The notes under the pieces are model-generated. The model saw nothing but the letters and a program-made list of their open reading frames with translations. It did not search any database and was not told where the DNA came from. Positions 60,747-64,000 of a DNA stretch of 64,000 nucleotides are shown here, piece after piece. This DNA is from Halarcobacter sp. (GTDB lineage Bacteria; Campylobacterota; Campylobacteria; Campylobacterales; Arcobacteraceae). The position numbers were made by a program, and so were the translations under genes. The stretch lies in NCBI GenBank assembly GCA_963676565.1, contig OY781089.1, positions 320,001-384,000 of the forward strand. The letters are read 5' to 3'. Each line of letters opens with the position of its first letter. Positions within the stretch are counted from its first letter, which is position 1.

Positions 60747-62603
60747 ATGCGTTATCTTGTATTGATACTTTTCATTGTATTAAATCTAAATGCTATAGTA
60801 GTCTCGTCAAATAACACTCCAATAAATTTACTTAAATATTCAAAAGTTTATCATGATTTAGGAAGTAAAGAAACAATTCATACTATTACTAAAAAAGAGA
60901 AAGATTTTACTTTACTAAAAAAAGATTTTATAGATTATTGCAATTTAGTTGATGAAAGTGTATGGATAAAGTTTGATTTAAAAAACAACTTAAATATACC
61001 TTTAGATAAAACTTTAGTAATTGATAATATTCTTACTGAAAAAATAGAACTCTATGAAATAAAAGATGGGAGAGCTCAACTTCTTCAAACAACAGGAATG
61101 TTTCATAGAAAAAAGTTTGAGGGTGTTGTCAATTTCAATCTACCTATTTTTATAAAGGCAAATTCAACTCATAGTTTTTATCTAAGAGTTCAGGACACAC
61201 AATTATCTTTATGGTTTAAACCTATTCTTTACAATCAAAATGAATTTTATAAATATGATACAAGCAAGCAAATAATCTGGGCTTTGTTTTTTGGAGGAAT
61301 CCTTTCTTTAATTATTTATAATATATTTTTATTTATTTTTACAAAAGATCTCATTTATTTTTATTATTCCCTTTATTTAGTGGCAACTTTGATGCAAAAT
61401 GAATTTGCTCTTTATGCAAAATTTCATATTTTTCCTATGCATGATGCAGAATATGTAAAAAAAGATTTTAATTTCTCGATATACTATATAAACTTTCTTG
61501 TAACATTTACTATGTCTTTGTTTATAAGAAGTTTTTTACAAACAAAACAGTATCCAAAAATAGACTTCTCTTTGAAAGTATTAATAGCTATTATTCCTAT
61601 ATATTATATACTTCAAGCAATTTATGATATTTTTGCACTAGAAGCTGTTGTACTATTTTTATTTTTTATACCATATTATTTTTTATGGATTGGATTTTAT
61701 GCTTTATTCAAAAAAAATCCCCAAGCAAAATTTTTCCTTATAGGTTGGAGTTTCGCTCTAGTAGGTTGGTTAAGCTTATTTTTCCAACATATGGGAATCA
61801 TCCCTGTAAGATATATTTATAGTTATACTTTTGAAACTCTTATAATAACTGAATGTATCCTTTTTGCTATATTCTTAGCATATAGAATCAGAAATTTAGA
61901 AAAAAAGAAAAATGACCTTACAAAAACACTACTTGAGAAACAAAAAGATGAATCAAAAAGATTAGAAGATACTGTAAAAATTAGAACACAAGAACTAAAT
62001 AAAGAGTTAAAGCAAAATGAATTACTTCTAAAAGAGTTACACCATAGAGTTAAAAATAATATGCAGTTTATCACCTCTTTATATGCTTTGAAACTAAATG
62101 AAAACGCAGATTTACAAATGGAAGAAAAACTTCAAGATGTAGAACGTAAAATTCATGCAATGAGTATAGTTCACCAAATGTTATACAATCAAAAAAATAT
62201 CGAAAATATTAATGCAAAAATATACTTTGAAAAAGTTATTGAAAATATAAAAAATAGTTTTGAGATGGATAATATCACTTTCAAATTAGACATTAATGCC
62301 TCTTTAGATTTAGAAGAAGCTATATATTGTGGTCTTATAGTAAATGAACTTGTTACAAATGCAATAAAATATGCCTTCGATGGGAAAGAGGGTTGTATTA
62401 GTATAAATCTAAATAATCATAAAAATGGTATTTTATTAGAAGTATCTGACAATGGAAAAGGACTAACAAAATCTGATAAAATGACTTTTGGACAAATGAT
62501 GGTTGAATCCCTTGCAACAGAGCAATTAGAGGGTGAAATTGATATTAAAGTTGACAATGGAACCCATATCTCTTTATGGTTTAATAATAAAATAAAAAAG
62601 TAA
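60747..62603 (+). CDS. 7TM-DISM sensor histidine kinase (HisKA_2 type)
   Basis: Signal peptide, DISMED2-like ectodomain (VWIKF), 7TM region (IIYN.F.F...KD..Y..Y), ELHHRVKNN, NELVTNA.KYAF and DNGKG motifs. Confidence 0.88.
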   Translation: MRYLVLILFIVLNLNAIVVSSNNTPINLLKYSKVYHDLGSKETIHTITKKEKDFTLLKKDFIDYCNLVDESVWIKFDLKNNLNIPLDKTLVIDNILTEKIELYEIKDGRAQLLQTTGMFHRKKFEGVVNFNLPIFIKANSTHSFYLRVQDTQLSLWFKPILYNQNEFYKYDTSKQIIWALFFGGILSLIIYNIFLFIFTKDLIYFYYSLYLVATLMQNEFALYAKFHIFPMHDAEYVKKDFNFSIYYINFLVTFTMSLFIRSFLQTKQYPKIDFSLKVLIAIIPIYYILQAIYDIFALEAVVLFLFFIPYYFLWIGFYALFKKNPQAKFFLIGWSFALVGWLSLFFQHMGIIPVRYIYSYTFETLIITECILFAIFLAYRIRNLEKKKNDLTKTLLEKQKDESKRLEDTVKIRTQELNKELKQNELLLKELHHRVKNNMQFITSLYALKLNENADLQMEEKLQDVERKIHAMSIVHQMLYNQKNIENINAKIYFEKVIENIKNSFEMDNITFKLDINASLDLEEAIYCGLIVNELVTNAIKYAFDGKEGCISINLNNHKNGILLEVSDNGKGLTKSDKMTFGQMMVESLATEQLEGEIDIKVDNGTHISLWFNNKIKK

Positions 62604-62632
62604 CACAAGAAATAACGATAGCTAAATATAAT
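62600..62632 (+). promoter_or_regulatory. Promoter of the TPS exoprotein with a tandem direct repeat
   Basis: GTAACA-N6-ATAACG-N9-TATAAT. Confidence 0.6.
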
Positions 62633-62677
62633 ACTTAAATATAAGAAAAAAAGTTTTTTTATGTTTAAGGATATATC

Positions 62678-64000
62678 ATGAAATTAAATCACAACTATTC
62701 TTCACGTTTTAGAATACTAAAAGGTGGGAAGATAAGCTTAGTAGTAAGTGCACTTCTAGGAAGTGCAACTCTAAGCTTTGCAGCTCCTAGTGGTGGAGTG
62801 GTTACTTCTGGGTCTGCTACTATTTCTCAAAGTGGAAATACAACCAATATAAACCAATCTACCTCAAAAGCTTCTATCAATTGGCAAAAGTTTGGTATAA
62901 AAGCAGACGAAGTAGTAAACTTCAATCAACCAAATAAAAACTCTATTACACTTAATAGAGTTATTGGTAATGAAAGAAGTATCATAGATGGAGCATTAAA
63001 TGCCAATGGTCAAGTTTGGATACTTAATTCAAACGGAGTACTCTTTAGTAAAAATGCTTCAATTAATACCTCAGGACTATTAGCTACCACTAAAGATATT
63101 TCAGATACTAACTTTCAAAAAGGAAACTATACTTTTAGTGGAGATTCTACAGAATCTATTATCAACCAAGGTACTATAAAAGTTAAAAATAATGGTTATG
63201 TAATCTTTGCTTCTAATGAAGCTAAAAATGATGGAGTGATAGAAGCTATAAAAGGAAGAGTTCAATTAACAGGAGCTGATGAATATACTATAAATCTAAA
63301 TGGTAACTCTTTAATAGACTTGTCTGTAGATAAAGGAACTTTAGATGCACTAGTAGAAAACTCTGGAACTATACTAGCAGATGGTGGAGAGATATATCTT
63401 ACTACTCATGCAGTAGATGAACTTCTAAGAGGAGTAGTAAATAATACAGGTATCATAGAAGCAAACTCACTAGATGGTATTTCAGGTCATGTGGAACTTT
63501 ATGCCCATGGGGGAACTGCAAACATTGATGGAACTATAAAAGCTAAAGGTGGGTTTGTAGAGACTTCAGGAAAAGAACTAAATGTAGCTTCAACAACTTC
63601 TATAGAAACTTCAAAATGGCTTTTAGATCCTGTTAATATGACTATAGAATCAACTGGTGGAAGTGATATAACAGGTGCTAGTGTAAGTGCAACAGCAATT
63701 CAAAGTGCTTTAGTATCTGCTGATGTTGAACTTCAAGCTGACCAAGATATAACTATAGCTGAAAACATCACTTGGGGAGATGATACAAAGCTTACTTTAA
63801 CAGCAGGTGATGAGATATATGTAAATGCAACTATAGAAAACACCAATGCTACTAATGGTGGAGTTTATTTTAATGCAGCCAATAAAAACTCAACTATAAA
63901 ATTTGATGCAACTACTGGAAAAGTAATCATAAATAATATCAATCAACTTCAGTGGATAAGTCAAGCTTTAAATGGTAATTATGAACTAGGCTCAAATATT
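62678..64000 (+). CDS. Filamentous-haemagglutinin-family (TpsA) exoprotein, 5' part; runs off the window end
   Basis: Not in the ORF track. ATG 62678 with AAGGA RBS reads MKLNHNYSSRFRILKGGKISLVVS..APSGG.V..G.ATI..INWQ.F...VNFNQP...TLNRV...IDG.LNANGQVWILNSNG (TPS secretion domain), then GGFVETSG and WLLDP. Confidence 0.92.
   Translation, partial: MKLNHNYSSRFRILKGGKISLVVSALLGSATLSFAAPSGGVVTSGSATISQSGNTTNINQSTSKASINWQKFGIKADEVVNFNQPNKNSITLNRVIGNERSIIDGALNANGQVWILNSNGVLFSKNASINTSGLLATTKDISDTNFQKGNYTFSGDSTESIINQGTIKVKNNGYVIFASNEAKNDGVIEAIKGRVQLTGADEYTINLNGNSLIDLSVDKGTLDALVENSGTILADGGEIYLTTHAVDELLRGVVNNTGIIEANSLDGISGHVELYAHGGTANIDGTIKAKGGFVETSGKELNVASTTSIETSKWLLDPVNMTIESTGGSDITGASVSATAIQSALVSADVELQADQDITIAENITWGDDTKLTLTAGDEIYVNATIENTNATNGGVYFNAANKNSTIKFDATTGKVIINNINQLQWISQALNGNYELGSNI

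Overview
Very AT-rich chromosomal window from a Campylobacterota bacterium, most likely Arcobacteraceae. This placement is inferred from gene order (glmU-coaBC-uppS-peptidase-lptF-truA; recA-eno-ftsB-AMIN), a short HrcA and the flagellin N-termini. From left to right: hrcA-grpE-dnaK (dnaK cut by the window edge) with a promoter flanked by two CIRCE sites; a TAXI-TRAP transporter; a PAS kinase/response regulator pair; a housekeeping operon headed by an ankyrin protein; a Suv3-like helicase; trmA; and two near-identical, unusually large (~660 aa) flagellins whose variable region is an internal domain duplication. Next is a ~31 kb flagellin-glycosylation island (pseB-C-F-G ... pseI-maf). It lacks pseH, has a formyltransferase/deacetylase/formyltransferase trio in its place, and carries a ~22 kb cassette between pseG and pseI. 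That cassette encodes a GT41/OGT-like transferase, two radical SAM/SPASM enzymes, a carbamoyltransferase, a PhyH-type dioxygenase, a second nonulosonic-acid pathway with no NeuC, an acetamidino trio and a diamino-uronate module. The window ends with recA-eno-ftsB-AMIN, a divergent response regulator/7TM-DISM kinase pair, and the start of a two-partner-secretion exoprotein whose promoter shares a direct-repeat motif with the regulator's own promoter. No rRNA, tRNA, CRISPR array or IS element was recognised. All family calls come from motif recognition by eye, not from database searches.
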